Source: the human T2T-CHM13v2.0 reference genome, Homo sapiens. Taken from it: a DNA stretch of 64,000 bases. Of the stretch, positions 60,882-64,000 are shown piece by piece. The position numbers and the translations under genes were made by a program. The first letter of the stretch is position 1. Every line of letters begins with the position of its first letter. Below the pieces are notes generated by a model. It worked only from the letters and a program-made list of their open reading frames with translations. It had not been told where the DNA came from and made no database searches. The stretch lies in assembly GCF_009914755.1 (NCBI RefSeq), contig NC_060928.1; one strand, written 5' to 3'.

Positions 60882-61790
60882 TGAGAACCATCCTTCAAGG
60901 CTTACCCATCACCTAAGGTGGCTCTGAGGTAGATAATTTCCTCATCCCTTGCCTGACCCTGTACAAAATTCTTACCTTATAAGGATGTACCAGAAATCTA
61001 AAAATATCTGTAAACTCCCATGGATTTGTAGCCATTCACTGTGGGTTGAATAGGCAAATAAGGAGTATTATTCTGGCTTAATATGGGGTGGAGTGTTGAG
61101 AGGGTTGCTGGGATGTAGTTGTCTGGGTCTCCTAGCAGGTCAGGTGAGAATACACTAGTATTAGGAGGAGCAGGACAAGTAGGACTAGGCCTAAAATATC
61201 TTTAATCATGCAATAAGGGTGTAATGGGATTTTATCAGAGTCTAATGAAATTTCCAAAGGGTTGTTGGAACCTGTTTCATGTAGGAGTAGGGGGTGAACA
61301 GCTAGTAGGGCTGTAATAATGAAAGTTAGAATAAAATGGAAAAGAAAGAATCCTGTAAGGGTGGCTTTGTCAACTGAAAAGCCACCTCAGATCCATTGTA
61401 CTAGGTCTGTTCCAATGTACAGAATAGCTGATAGCAGGTTTGTAATTACTGTTTCCCAGGAAGATATTTGACCCCATGGAAGGACATAACCTATGAACGC
61501 TGTTGCTATTACATAACCTATGACCACCGTTGCTATTAGAATGTTATCAATGTTTCAAGTTTCTAGGAAGGCGTAGGATCCATAATATAGGACTCATTCT
61601 ACATGTAAATATAGGCAGACAGAGGATATTGAAGCCTCGTTGGCATGTAGATACCAAATGATTTAGCCATAGTTTATATCTTGGCAGATGTGTGTGACTG
61701 AGGCAAAGACTCAGAGGGCAGAAAGAGCATGGTCTGCCCCCAGGGCAGTGCATAGACCAGTCTGACTGAAGTGGAGGAGTATGCTAAGTA
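60797..61790 (+). repeat. 85-bp direct repeat pair (60797-60881 and 61706-61790) bracketing the NUMT
   Basis: Hand alignment gives 73/85 identity, ungapped; all 12 differences are transitions. Confidence 0.92.
61051..61703 (-). pseudogene. MT-CYB: Nuclear mitochondrial segment (NUMT): cytochrome b pseudogene fragment, about codons 64-279
   Basis: Minus-strand translation in the vertebrate mitochondrial code: SVTHICQDMNYG*IIWYLHAN...LYYGSYAFLETWNI...[15 protein letters not shown]...[33 protein letters not shown]...HETGSNNP...[12 protein letters not shown]...PLNTPPHIKPE*YSLFAY. It contains stops and two frameshifts. Confidence 0.96.
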
Positions 61791-62194
61791 AAGTGCCCCA
61801 CTTACTTGCCATGCTATGGTCTCCATACAGGGTCAGCATCCTGATGACTTCAGAAGCTCTTGGGTGCTCTTTGTGCTACAGATGGAACTACAGCACCAGG
61901 CTCTTTGCTCAACAAAGGGAAGACTGAGGACCAACCAGGTTCCCATAGCAATATGAAAATTCCATAACCGTATAAAAAGTTACTTGGGTTGAATATTATA
62001 TGAAAAAAGGAAAGTCATGAAGACTTCAAGTCTCAGAATCATCTTCAATTGTTTTCTCCTCCCTCATTTCTATCCCAATAAATTAGCAAATCTTATCAAT
62101 CCCACATCTTCATCATCTTGTGCATCTACTAGTAGCTGCTATTCCAAAGTCAGGTAGTTCAAATTTTTGTTACCTTTCTTAACTATATAATAGC

Positions 62195-62196
<2 letters not shown>

Positions 62197-62240
<44 letters not shown>
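62197..62240. repeat. (TA)22 microsatellite
   Basis: Directly visible, uninterrupted. Confidence 0.95.
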
Positions 62241-62245
<5 letters not shown>

Positions 62246-62729
62246 ATGCTATATATATAAAATATATTAATAGCATCATAAAAGCATCCTTCATCCAGAT
62301 CCTCTTCCTTATTGCTATGTTCAACCAACACATTTTTACCTATTTTCCTTAACACATGATTAAGTCATTCACTCTTTGATGGCTCCTCATTGTATCCCTT
62401 CCCCCTACACATATGCACACACACCCACACACAGACACCCCTTCCCCTAGACTTCAACATTCTCCACTATTATTCTTACTATTGAGCAAAAAGAGAGAAA
62501 TTGGAGGTTATTCTTCTACTGCTGGTTCAACATTTTATTTGTTCTTCTTTGACTGCCAACTTCTTCACAAGAGTCCCCACAAGTAAAGTAATGCTATGCT
62601 CATTCCTTCAGTTGTTCAGACTAAAAACATTTTAGCCTATGATTTATTCTTATGAAAGGAGTCTAAAAATTAAGCCTAAAATTATGATAAAGTCCAAAGT
62701 ATTTGATTGTGGGTGGGATTTCATGATAA

Positions 62730-63086
<357 letters not shown>

Positions 63087-63128
63087 AGAAACATCTCAAT
63101 TTTCTATTCACATTGGAACAAAGGGAAT

Positions 63129-63511
63129 TGTATCAGGCCATTTTTGTGTTGCTAAAAAGAAATACCTGAGGCTGGGTAATTTATAAAGAGGTTTAATTGG
63201 CTCATGGTCCTGCCGGCTGTACACAAAACAAAGTACTGGCATCTGCTTCTGGTGAGGCCTCAGGAAGCTTACAATCGGCGTGGAGGGCGAAGAGGTGCCA
63301 GCATGTCATATGGTGAGAGTGGGAGCAAGAGAGGAAGGAGGGAGGTGTCACACACTTTTAAACAAGAACTCAGGATCACAAGGGCAGCACCAAGCCATTC
63401 ACAAGGGATCCACTCCCATGACTAAAACACCTCTCACCAGGCCCCACCTCCAACACTAGGGATTACATTTCATCATGAGATTTGGAGGGGACAAACACCC
63501 AAACTATTTCA
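63129..63511 (-). mobile_element. MaLR solo LTR (MSTA/MSTB-like)
   Basis: tgtatcaggccatt...aaatacctgaggctgggtaatttataaag...ggcatctgcttctggtgaggcctcaggaagctt...gagatttggaggggacaaacacccaaactatttca; 5-bp TSD ggaat / ggatt. Confidence 0.9.
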
Positions 63512-63834
63512 GGATTTCATCATCTGTCCTAAATGAGTAGCCAGAACTTGGTGGCTCCATGGATCTGTGGAGGATTTCCTGAAAGACCAAATTTCAGTAG
63601 ACATACAAAAGAGCATCTTTCTGATCTGCTGCCCGAGGCCTAATAATTCTTTCTCTGGAGACATGTCAGATATTGACCTTCAAACCCATCCTCTGGGTCT
63701 TCAATCCAGTTGGACTAACACAGGACTGTAGGAAAACCCATCATGATACTAATGATCCAAGAAAGATTTCCCCATAATAAGAATTCTCCTTTCTAGACAG
63801 TTATAAAGACACTAAAGCATAATAGCAGAAAAAG

Positions 63835-63990
63835 TATGTATGAGCTTAGGAGTATGAAGACTTTTTGATTTAAATAGTAGATTTGTGATATTGAGCTTAA
63901 TATTGTGACATTTAGCCAGTATGATCCTCAGTTTCCTCTTCTATTAAAAAAGCAGCTATAATTAAATATATGAAACTCTATAAATTGGGG
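63835..63990 (+). mobile_element. MIR fragment
   Basis: ttgtgacatttagccag...cctcagtttcctcttctattaaaa. Confidence 0.5.
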
Positions 63991-64000
63991 TCTGAACAAG

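Noticed and set aside
61547-61753. 68-aa minus-strand ORF overlapping the NUMT
   Set aside because: An off-frame standard-code reading of the CYTB fossil; the real homology is in another frame under the mitochondrial code.

Overview
This is AT-rich primate (human-like) nuclear DNA, intronic or intergenic, and dominated by interspersed repeats: Alu (J, S, Y), L1, L2, MIR, MamSINE1, MaLR/ERV solo LTRs and hAT/TcMar DNA transposon fossils. No intact protein-coding gene is recognisable. The ORF track is mostly L1 ORF1/ORF2 debris, Alu read-through and microsatellite artefacts. Two large + strand L1s occupy about 42.6-49.3 kb (full-length L1PA7-like, inactivated) and 53.5-59.8 kb (old L1MA-like with a perfect 14-bp TSD but lacking most of its 5' UTR and ORF1, with a nested L1PA and an Alu). 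The most informative feature, which the ORF track misses, is a ~650-bp mitochondrial cytochrome b fossil (NUMT, minus strand, 61051-61703). It carries ancestral rather than human CYTB residues and sits with a ~170-bp filler between two copies of an 85-bp direct repeat. Within 55.8-61.8 kb there are several further template-switch-like scars, including a 77-bp inverted copy (75/77 identical) of sequence 0.8 kb away. Weak signs point to a minus-strand transcript (candidate first exon near 50.5 kb, L1 orientation bias), but I cannot name a gene. I see no convincing new multi-gene system; the novelty is structural and evolutionary. Repeat subfamily names come from remembered consensus sequences, and most boundaries are approximate.
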